A stretch of 64,000 nucleotides of DNA. Origin: Perna viridis. Lineage: Eukaryota. Below the pieces are notes generated by a model that had not been told where the DNA came from, ran no database searches, and saw only the letters and a list, made by a program, of their open reading frames with translations. The translations under genes were made by a program, and so were the position numbers. Each line of letters begins with the position of its first letter. Within the stretch, counting starts at the first letter, position 1. The stretch covers positions 21,514,001 through 21,578,000 of the forward strand of contig CM074515.1 in NCBI GenBank assembly GCA_037379345.1, read 5' to 3'. Below are positions 53,681-64,000 of this stretch, piece after piece.

Positions 53681-55154
53681 CCTTATTATTAGGACTACAA
53701 AAGTCTTCAGGGATAAAAGTTGTCAGATGAGGTCTTACAAACCACTTCTAAAGTTCTATTACTTCACATGTTAAACAAGTAATTTTCAATGTTTCACTGT
53801 GAAGTCTCAGGACAAATGATACCTGAAAGTTGCATTCCATTGCGAACTTGGAAAACAAGGCTTTAAAAATCATTATTCTAATGGTACAATGACCATAGAA
53901 ATTCTTCACAAAATTTACTTGAATAAAAAATACTTTGTTGACAGGACGCCTAACAAAATAAGCGGTGCTCGCCTTAAGTCTCTAGCCCAAAGCCTGGGAT
54001 AGTAAAAATTGATTCAGGATAGTGAAATGATGTATACTTTTATTTCGGCTAGTTGAATCCTATACAGTCCTCAATTATTAGGGCTAGTTGTTGAGAATTT
54101 TTAATATAGACATCAAATCTTAACTACATTCATATAGTTTACATCTACAGTGTACATGTACTTGTATGTAAAAAGTGATGTGTTAACTGTAATTACTTTG
54201 TAATGTAGATGTACACTCATGTACCATTTGTAGAAAAAATTTAAGAAATGACATTGTTTGTTTCCCTTACTGATTCAAAGATTCCATCAGCAAACTAACT
54301 TTTGGAAAAGAAGCTCTATAAGGAAATGTGAAGACTTTCAAAAATAACTAAACACACAGCATTTTCTACCAGGCTCCATGTAAGTTTTTCATGATTTTTT
54401 TTATTGAAATAAAGATGTGGGGAAACTGCCAATAAAACAAACACCAAAGATGACATAAAAGGAGACAACATGAAGGCATTGTCTGTCATACACAACAGAG
54501 TATAACTAGTTGATTAAAAAAGAACTCAAGAAGGAACATGGTTAAAATGATATCTCTAAACACAAAAACAAAAACAAAAAACAACAAAATAAAAATACAC
54601 TTTAAACTAGAATTAAATGAGCAATACAGACTCCTCCAAAAGCTGGATGCATGGACCTTGAGATATCGACAACACCTAGCAAAATGGAGGGTATGAGAGA
54701 AGGAAGGGAGTAAGAAAAAGTAGTGTCTAGGAAATATTGGGGATGTGAGTGAAAGGATAATGAAGAAGTGGAGAATAGGAAAAATGTTGGATGTGAGAGG
54801 AGCAGAGACCAGGGAAAATGGGGGTTGTGAGATGGATGGAAATCTAAAAACTAATGTAATGTTGACTAACACTGAAATAATATGAACATTTATACATGGA
54901 TGACAATAGGGTACATGAATTTTAAGGATTGAAATAAGGAGAAATTGCTAAGCATATTGAATATTCATAGTGTTACCATCAAGGTCAGCCTATTAACATA
55001 AAACATGCAGTTCCTTGTACATACTGGTGTAAAGTTAACATTGCATTACCAAATTACAGCCCAGTAGATCCACAAAACAGCACATGTTCATGTTAATTAT
55101 ATGGTAGATAATGTAATTACTGTATACAGTAGGTATATAATTCATTACTTTCAG

Positions 55155-55277
55155 GATGTATGCTGTGTTTAGGGCGTTCTAACTACTTTAGATTTAACCA
55201 TCCACAAGAAGCCAAAAAGATCAAAGATGCCTTGCCTAACTGTAGAATATCCTGTGCTCCTATAGATTTCATACAAG
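55155..55277 (+). CDS. PHLDB1: Coding exon of PHLDB1-like gene; end of FHA domain (GCMLCLGRSNYFRFNHPQEAKKIKDALPNCRISCAPIDFIQ)
   Basis: Acceptor ctttcAG ends at 55154, donor AAG|gtaaga at 55278; 123 nt, phase 1-1. It continues LTQ-GCMLCLG..FRFNHP.EA as in PHLDB1. The preceding intron is 30791-55154 (about 24.4 kb). Confidence 0.93.
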
Positions 55278-56463
55278 GTAAGATATATTCAAAAGATTCA
55301 CTTCGTTTGACCACTGGCTCTTATAAGTTATGGTACCTTACAATAGTCACACTGTCGTACTAAAAGATTTAATCAATTTTCTCTGCTTATTTAAAAGATC
55401 ACTTTGAAAAAGAAGACAGCCTTTTTGGTTTGGATCTGATATGATTTTGAAGGACGGAAATTTTTAATGCCTTGTAATTTTTCTTGCCTAATTCAGAATG
55501 AGAACCTTGCTGATATCTTCTATCACTTTTAAGGAAATGCTTAGTCTGTATGCCAAAAATTTGAAATATCTTTCTGATTTGAGGAGTTACAAATCAATAT
55601 CCTATCTTGTTTATCATATAAACTTAAGTCTGGTACCCTTTACCAGAAAGTAAGGAAAGGAACACAAGTAACTGTTTGATTGAAAGAACAACTTGCCCAA
55701 TTAAATAGCCATTGCATACATACATACATCAGTCTGCCATACATGTAAATATACATGTATTGATTAATATAATGTTGTAACAGTCCTCTGTTTGACATTT
55801 GAAACATGTTGAATATAAATCTACCAGAAATAATGGGCTCATTTGGATCACAATACTCTTATACAAGTCTTATTATAAACTTTGTTTTGTAAGGGTAAAT
55901 TCGATACACGATTTATCTTATTTGGATAAGCTATGGTAGAATTTTTATATGATAGATAATGCATTTTATTTTGAGATAAAATTTGTCACTTAATGCACAT
56001 GAAAATATGTAATTACAACATAACACCTTGGTTTATAGAAGTGGGTAAACTAACATTATCTTTGTAAGAATGCTGCAATTTACATTTCAAAAGGGAGGTT
56101 TTTAAATTGATTAAAAAGTTAAATTTCCTCTTTATCAAATGTTTACCCATTCACAACATGTGAGATTACAAGTATATTTGAAAGTATTATTTGTTTTTAA
56201 ATACTGAAATTTGTTACTGTGGTTTTCTGTGATAGACTTATATAGAGTTTTGTATTCTAATGTATAAAAATTAATTAATTCCAAAGCTGATATAATGACA
56301 TAGTGACAACTTTTGGTTATTCCCCTTGGTGAACCTCAGGTGTACTGAAGTGGATCCTAAACATTACCTGATATTTACCTGTAGATACCTGCTATAACTC
56401 ATGGAGTTTATTACCTAGTTTTGCATCTTTTTAAATTATTATTTTGGATTTAATTTTTGAAAC

Positions 56464-56482
56464 ATGGAACCTTCTAAACCTG
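56464..56482 (+). CDS. Candidate alternative first coding mini-exon (MEPSKP-) giving an FHA-less isoform
   Basis: aaacATGG Kozak context, then ATG GAA CCT TCT AAA CCT G|gtaagt: consensus donor, phase 1 like the intron that follows exon 55155-55277. Splice-signal evidence only. Confidence 0.42.
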
Positions 56483-59400
56483 GTAAGTTTTTTTCATAAT
56501 TTTTCTGTCATTTTCCCTTTAAAAATCATGAAGTTTTACAGGTGTGTTGGAATGTACCTCATAAACTTGTCTCAGTATTGTGCATGAAATATCAAAATAC
56601 TATCAGCTGTTAAAAACAATCAATTTAATACTTGCAAACTTGTGAAGCATAAAAAATTTGAAAGTGATTTTATTTATTACTAATTGAAATTTATGTTCTA
56701 TATACTTTTGTTAAAATGTCAGGTTTACAAGTATTAAGGTTGCTTCATTTAATTTTCACATGCCTATGTTAAATCACTAAATATTTGGGGATTAAAATGT
56801 ATTTAAGAACCTTAAGATTTCAAGGGTATCAGACTCATTACGGCCATGTCACAAGGGTATCGATAGGGTTTTCAACAATTGTTCCCTCACACACTCCAAC
56901 AATTAAAGAATGTTTAATTACAAAGAATAACTACTGTGATCAGTTACATATATATTGACTTTTATCTTGATTTGGTTTCAAAGGATCATGTGTGTGGTAT
57001 ACTATATTTACAAATGACTGGGCTTGATTTGACAGCATTAAGGGTGACGATAGGGTAACTCTATTAGGAATCTTTGGAGCATTTTGTCTTTTGTGGCTTT
57101 TAAGGGAAATTGACATCTTTTTGATCCCTCTTCAATGGCTATAGTTTAAAATGAGGGATTATTGAAATTCTGTCATAGAAAACTCTTAATGAGCCAGCTG
57201 CTTGGTCTTGTGAGAAAACTTTTTAAAATTCTTGAGTTTAAACTTTTCTTTATTTGGATTGTGGCCTATATAGTGTAACTGGTAATAGTAAAAACTGTGA
57301 AGCTTTTTAAGTTTCCCTGTAAATTGAGATATTAGCTATATATATGTAGCTTTGGGAACTAATTTAAAGAAGGCGATCTGAGAGAGACACTCAAATTTTA
57401 TCATGACCAAAATGTAACTTTTCTGCAACTTTTTGGGTTCACCAAATGAGCTGATTGTTCCATTAAAGTTTACTTCTGAGTGTACATTTTTTAAGTGAAT
57501 ATTATTGATATCTAAGATAAATGTAGAACTTATTTACATTTTTTCAGCCATGTATTGTCAGCCATTGACCTTCTTAATCCACTATAGTGATGGTTGACTT
57601 CTTCATTTTGTTAACAGATGTTCTGTACCTTTACTTTCTTGTGCCAAAGTAGTCTTAAAAAGATAGTAAAATCCTTTGACAAGTCAAGTCACCATAGGAT
57701 TAAAAAGTCTTATATAAACAGTCCAGTTTGAATGACTAGCACAAAAACAATTTGTACATTGTTAGTCCAATTTTATGAGCAGATCATAATCATAAACAAC
57801 AGTTAACAAGGGTCCCTAAGGTCCTTAATAACCATCAAAAATGTGTATTTAAAATAAATAGCTTTGGGGAGGAATGTAAGATCAAATATTGGAGGGTGTG
57901 ACAATATTATTGTTCAATATTGACTTTTAATTACAGTCCCCTGAACGAACGGAACTGTTGATTGATTAAGCCACTTTGTTTGTAATTTGTTCATAATTAT
58001 TAATGTAAATTTGACACCTTTAACATAAATTGTTTAAGGGGCTTCTTTGTTATTAATTCAATGTACAAAGTACATTGTACATCAATTTTAATTATTGGTG
58101 AAAGACATCATGTGTTCTAATGAATCAAATAATGCCTTGAAGGACATTTTAATTTTTTTTTTTTTTTTTTTCTTGGGGGGTTGGGGGGGGGGTAATAATA
58201 TAAAATACTTTAAATTTCATTTATTACAACTTACTTGTCTTAAGCCTTAATTACTCCCATGTAGAGCATAGGCCTCTGACAATTTATCTTACTATTTTCA
58301 AAATGTAATGGATTTTTTAAGTATTAAATAATTTTTGGATAGTACCATATTTCTATTGGTTTAAGATGTTTGGAGAAAAAAAACATATCTTCCTTCTTTA
58401 AAAAAGATGATTTTAAAAGAATGATATTCCTATAGACAGTTATAATTTAAACTTCCTTGAAATAAAAAAGCATTTTAATCATTGCATTTATGGGATGGAA
58501 TGTGGTTTTAGGAGAAGTAATTTTGAAATTAAATCTTGGAATAGAAACCTTTTTCTACCACTGATGAATCAGGGGTTCATCTGTTATCACATTTTAAACA
58601 GTGTTATATTCTTGGTCCACAGTGAAATGTTATTCAAAACTGTCCTATGACATTTGTTTTATACTTAAATAGACATCTATGAAATACTAATCCTGAAGTA
58701 AATTGACTGTGGACAAAATTAAGCTCTAGTTTTCCAATTAAACTATCACACATTACAATCATATAAGATAACACTGGTTCTATTGAGTTTCTTTAAATCC
58801 CATTCTGAGCCATTATATCGTGACAGCAACCTGTTTTTGTCTAATTTTATTTTACTATCAGTATAGGTATTACCAAGTAAGGGTTGGATGTCCTACTGAT
58901 GTATACATAGAGATTATTGTGTGGGGCACATCACAGCCTGAGTTGTTTTGTTCCTGAAATGTATTATATAATCAAGGAGATAATGTATCACCCTGTCTCA
59001 TTCCTTCAATTATGTCAAATCTGTTGATAGGGATCATTAAATAACATGCTGTCACAAAAATTGAATGAGTCTCATACAATAGGTCGACAGTACTTCTAAG
59101 TGATTATTGAAAGTTATACTTCGATACTTGTATTAGTTTAAATCCATTCTGTTTTTAACACTATTCAAATTGTCAATGGATAATTTTTTAATACATGTAA
59201 TAATGAGATTAGGTACTTCATGTAAATGTACGTAGCCTTTCATAAGAAATAAATTGTTTTTCACAGATTAAGTAGTGACAATCATTATAATACATGTACT
59301 GTTTTAAAAGAATAAAATCATAGTAATTATAGCATAGTCTTGTTTGACTCTATAATGACACACTACCAACAAGTTTTCCCAGGAGTTGACTTGCACTGGA

Positions 59401-60408
59401 TAAAATGAAAATTCTCCTTTTTAATTCAGGTAGGAGAAAATGATTTGAGCTGAAGACTTTAAGTAGAAGCAGATCTAAAATGACCATGACCATAAAGTTC
59501 TTCCTGATTTAGCCTAATCTTGTAAAACTCCCTTAAGGTACCTCTTTGTATTGCCTATGGAAAAGAGGATTTCTAAAATATGATCCCTATGTCAATGGAG
59601 TAGCAGACCCATAAATTTCCATCTCATTTAAAAGGTTAAATCGGGACAAGACTAGGATCATTTTTATGAAGTTGAGCATGAGAACCATTGACTTCAGGCA
59701 AAGAGAAGTAAATGATCAATTACTGGAAAGCTCATCCTTCAGTCCAATGAACAAAGGCCAACTTATCTTGTCCACTTCTCTGTCATAGCTTTCAATAATG
59801 ATCAAACCATTTTTGTCTAGTTTGCTCCTGGCTCTTGTCAGTGTGAAATATTCTTTGAAAAGAAATTGAATGAAATTGGATTGAAAGGTATCATTTAGGT
59901 ATTCATTTTGTACAAATAGGCTGAGTGGTGACTTTAACAGTAGCTCTTTTATTGAAAATTCAATCTTGGGGGTTATGTGTAGTTATAGGAAATGTGAGAA
60001 AAACTCATGTTTAGATTAATGTTTTAATAAGGGCATGTGGAATGTTGCTTATCCTTTGAGGTGTTGCAAATCTGAAATTGAAAACTTTTTAAAGATCAAA
60101 AGTCAAGATTTAGAAATAACATTTTAGCTTCTGATCTGATTTCATCCCTTTGGGAGGTAGGTATTTTGATTATTGCTGAGGACAAGTTTTTTTTAATTGT
60201 GACAATAGGTGTTAAATATCATCTGTTTTCTTTCTGTGTATGGTATGGCTGGTATGTTAATAACTTTGTGCATTTGTACGGCCATTTTAGTTAGGTTTTG
60301 AATTGAACTTAATTTGTTTGCCTTTGTACTTACATTTGCCATGCTCCACTCAGTGAAAATTACAACTTGATACTAAGAATTTTTTGGCTACTTTTGACTT
60401 GTGTTAAA

Positions 60409-60695
60409 TGTGCTCTGCCCTTTTCAGCTGGGTTAAACCAGCTTACATTTGCCCTGCTCCAATCAGAGGAAACATGCTCTGTCCTTTTCTGCTGGGCTGA
60501 ATAAGCATACATTTGCCTTGCTCCAGTCAATGGAAATATGCTCTGTCCTTTTCAGCTGGGTTAAATAAGCTAACATTTGCCCTGCTCCAGTCAGAGGAAA
60601 CATGCTCTGCCCTTTTCAGCTGGGCTGAATCAGCTTACATTTGCCCTGTTCCAATCAGAGGATATATGCTTTGACCTTTTTGGCTTACATTTGCT
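60409..60695. repeat. 64-bp minisatellite (about 4.5 copies) with alternating unit types
   Basis: acatttgcc recurs at 60445, 60509, 60573 and 60637; units alternate gggttaaa / gggctgaa. Confidence 0.9.
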
Positions 60696-61571
60696 CTACT
60701 CCTTTCAAAGGATTTGCCACTACAACATTTACCGGTAGAAATTTTTGGGATCTTTCTTTTGTGTTCAGACCTGCCCTTCATTTTTGTTAGTGGGATAAGA
60801 AAAGCCTATTAATTGCCCTTTTTCACTGTATTGGTCCCTTTGATGGTCCTTCCTTTTGCAGCATTGTTTTGTTATCTTCAAGATCTGTTTATATGCAGGC
60901 AGTGATACATGGGTCATCCTTGGTTTTTGGCTGTGTCACCTGGTTGTTCTGTCATGGGAATTCTCTACTTTATTACCCCCAGTTTAATAAAATTGTAAGT
61001 TATGACATCATAAAATTAGGTTGCATTGTTGTTTTGAAAATTATGGCTGATTTAGTTGGGAAAAACTTATAAGATCTTGATTTTAGATAAGTTATCTTAT
61101 GAAACTAGTCCCCACCCAGTTTTTGAATTGTTCACCTCAGCAGCAGTAGATCATAGTGGACTCACTTATTATTGTTCCTTATTGGTTAGTGTATGCATGT
61201 AAATACTTAGGTGTATTTAGTTGGTCTGAGGAAAGCCTAGCTTTTGTTGTATCTTCAATCTTGGTAAATCTGTAAATACCTTTTACTGTAAAGTGTCCCT
61301 TTTAAAATATTTATACCTGTAAACTGAGTTTCATTTCAGACATTAAAAAATCATTGTTAATTTTGTCAAAGTTTTTTTTCTCACATATATTATTGAAATA
61401 TTGTGAATGGTGTAACTAGTACTAAACTATGCAGAATTGACCTACTTAACCGAGAAAAAACTTTTTATTTGCTCTTCAAAGCATTGAAGATAATGAGTAG
61501 AGAACCATCTAAGTCTTTAATTTACTAACAGAATACCTATATTGTCAAACCGTACATAGACCACAAGCTAA

Positions 61572-61811
61572 GGCCAGAGAAAATTACTTGTCTGTTTAAG
61601 GGTACCTACCTACGCCTTTTTCTACCTACCTTAGGATATTTTGTTGGTCATGATGAAATGTCACAAAAATATCATTATGGAAGAGCACTATTAAAGTCAA
61701 GAAAATTGCCCCTTGAGTGTCTTTTTTTTTAATCATTGAATGATTTTACCTACTTACCTGCCCTTTTTTCATCCAATGTATTATTAAACAGACATATACA
61801 TAATCTTGGCC
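61572..61811. mobile_element. MITE with GGCCA termini (PIF/Harbinger-like)
   Basis: TAA|GGCCAGAGAAAATTACTTGTCTGTTT ... AAACAGACATATACATAATCTTGGCC|TGA, with internal CCTA repeats. Confidence 0.6.
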
Positions 61812-61860
61812 TGAGTACTAAGTGCCCAGACAATAGATTGTATTTCAATTAACTCACACT

Positions 61861-61934
61861 GTCTTCAGACCAGTAGTAGTGAGACAGTCCAGACCAGTGG
61901 TAGTAAAAGTCTTCAGACCAGTGGTAGTGAGACA
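61861..61934. repeat. ~24-bp tandem repeat x3
   Basis: cagaccagtRgtagt repeated three times. Confidence 0.85.
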
Positions 61935-62829
61935 AATATTTTTGTCACTCATTTTGTAAGTACTAGAGAAGCAAATATTTACTTAGAGTATTAAACATTT
62001 ACAAAGGTGAAATACACACCTGTTGAAATAGAAAATTCTGTCAGGAGTTTTAATGAGAATTTGGAATCGTGGAAATTATGGTATAATATGACATTGCCTA
62101 TAGCTCTGTCCTGTCGTTAATAGCATGAAAAAGATTGAATTGTTTACTTTTTGAAATTTGGAATCTTTTTAAATTATGATTCTATTTAGAGAATGACAAA
62201 TATTTATGAGTGCTTTGTTATATATCAATAGAGAAAGACAGGATGTTTATCAAACAAAATATGGTTATCTGTATGTAAAATAGGACTTAACATTTGTCAC
62301 CTTACAAGGAAAAAAATTTGTTTGAAAGAAATTTGTCGTTTGTCTGATTATGACTGTTTAAGTATACATAATAATCAGATAAGGAAACATGACATCAAAT
62401 TAATTATTATTTTGCCAGGCATTGGTCAGATTTTCAACAAACTATAATTGATTAAGGAAGGGTCATGTAATTTACACTTAATTGATGCAAGATAGGATAT
62501 TTGACATCTCAAACGTTTATCTCCTTCATATGTATTAACAAGCCTTTTCAATATTTTGGGAAAAAACTCTGTGCATATGTTAATACTTGTATGTGGATAG
62601 TTGTTCCACTCTGGTTGAAATTCATTTTCAGATAAGAGTTTGTTTATCCAGTTCAGCCTGATTTGAAGCTTTTTTTTTGCCTGGAAACCAGATCCCATCG
62701 TAATAAAACTGTATAATTTTATAAACTTTTTGATATAAAGGTTTATGATTATTTTTCTGACTTTAAAGGATGTAGGGGTCATAACCATTCCATATACTGG
62801 TACATTACCATGTTTCATATGGATACTTT

Positions 62830-63177
62830 ACTGGTGGTCTTGTGGTAGCATGCTCAACCCAATGGTGGTGATGTAGGGTTTTATTCCTGACAGAGTCACA
62901 CAGAAGACTTTAAAATTGATAATCACTGCTTCTTGGCCAAGCATGCCACATGTAGGAGAAAGTGTGCCATCTATTTGGGTCAGAGTCAAATTTAGTGTCA
63001 GAGTGGGATTACATATCTATTCTTGAGCATTTGCCTCTGTGAGCTAGCACAATAAAAATCTGGTTCAGTGTGTGGACTAGTACAAAGCAGGGTTTCTTTG
63101 GATTGGTCAAATATTCTTGTCATGAAATGCATGACTTGTCTGCCATAGAACGTAAAACCAAAATCTCAATCAATCAT
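62830..63177 (+). mobile_element. tRNA-derived SINE, Meta-domain type (decayed)
   Basis: tRNA-like head with degenerate A/B boxes, central aagactttaaaattgataatcactgcttct...gtgagctagcacaataaaaatc resembling the MetaSINE core as I recall it, and an (AATC)n tail. Confidence 0.7.
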
Positions 63178-64000
63178 TCAGATTATTCTTTTTTGTTTTA
63201 ATTTTGTGAAATAAACTTGAGGAGTCTGAATTTGATTCCATAACCATATATTTTTTTTTCATTCTATGCAATATCCCTCACTATAAAGTTATTCTGAAAA
63301 AAAATGTCTATATTTGATAACTGCATGATATCACTACTATATTTGATATCCTTAGTACTTTCATGGTAGTTGTATAAACTCGCATGAAATAAAAAGGTGA
63401 ACTTTCAGCGAGTCTACAAGCTTTTTTTGTGTATGTTTGATGACTTTTGGAACATCACTGCAACATAAATATTGTTCCAGTCAGTTTTTGTGGCTGGCTG
63501 AAGTTTTCCACCTTTAAAGTTACACATGTCATGTTTGAAATGTACAAGATAATAGGTGCCATGTAGATTACTATCACTGTTAAAATACTTAAAAAGTAAT
63601 TTGCATTAATTGTAATGTACATTCTTTACCCTCAAGGGTCAAATTTGTAGTCAATTTTCTGAATTATGACAAAGAAAATTAATTGCTGAAATTAAAAAAA
63701 TATGTGTCCATTAAGCCAATTGTTTGTGACATACTTTTGATGCCAAATAGATCATGCAGTTAGAAATTCTCTATTTGTGGAGGTGGATATCATCTTTTAA
63801 TGTTTCAGGGGTTCAGATTAGCAGTAGTCCAAGGTCTTAGTCTCACTATTTCAGAATCAGGACTTTTGAATTCCTTTTCCCTATTGCCTGGACCTTCAAT
63901 CTCTTACACTGACATTTAATGAAGTCCTTTCATTTTCGTCCAGACCTTCGTCCAAACCTATCACTCTTGAAAGCTTATTATAACTCAAGTAAATTAACAA

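Noticed and set aside
53420-53774. Overlapping ORFs on both strands
   Set aside because: They lie within internal repeats of a non-autonomous HINE-like element and have no protein motif.
54486-54872. 128-aa hydrophobic minus-strand ORF
   Set aside because: A by-product of A-rich and purine-rich low-complexity sequence.
28392-55277. Kinesin-3 (KIF1/KIF13/KIF16) or afadin FHA assignment
   Set aside because: The SLGSGRLSTA and LTQGCMLCLG motifs are PHLDB1-type, and no motor-domain exons are visible upstream.
58153-58192. Poly-T plus G-runs as G-quadruplex or retrocopy tail
   Set aside because: Only two G-runs, no TSD and no associated element; simple low complexity.
62830-62900. tRNA gene
   Set aside because: No intact cloverleaf; it is the decayed head of a SINE.
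63809-63920. Next PHLDB exon after atgtttcAG
   Set aside because: The required phase-1 frame stops after about 10 codons, and no convincing downstream exon was found before the window end.
1-64000. Frequent TACATGTA palindromes and the remaining 60-130 aa ORFs
   Set aside because: Scattered without spacing pattern; the ORFs have AT-driven composition (F/L/I/K/N-rich) and no recognisable domains.

Overview
AT-rich eukaryotic (animal) genomic DNA. It is most likely a bivalve mollusc: several interspersed repeats look like Mytilus-type repeats as I remember them, which I could not verify. Almost all ORFs in the supplied track are chance ORFs. The window is mostly intronic sequence from the 5' part of one large + strand gene of the PHLDB1/LL5 family. 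Three well-supported coding exons (28392-28521, 30608-30790, 55155-55277) join in phase to give the N-terminal FHA domain, and the gene continues beyond the window. There is a probable first coding exon at 19140-19187 and two candidate internal alternative first exons (49870-49894, 56464-56482). The introns hold many transposon relics: TA-, TTAA- and TWA-flanked MITEs, Meta-type SINEs, a HINE/Helentron-like element, a Penelope-like RT fragment, a DIRS/Ngaro gag-like fragment and minisatellites. Three structures stand out. (1) A 468-bp TIR-bounded module occurs both solo (with its own 4-bp TSD) and as two direct repeats flanking a 1.25-kb internal segment under one shared TSD, a composite KolobokP-like architecture. 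Solo, full and empty states sit side by side at the same position of three consecutive ~120-bp host repeat units. (2) A tandem array of four decoy copies of the splice acceptor and exon start lies directly upstream of the first FHA exon. (3) There is a perfect 60-bp palindrome. No prokaryotic features, CRISPR arrays, rRNA or intact tRNA genes are supported.
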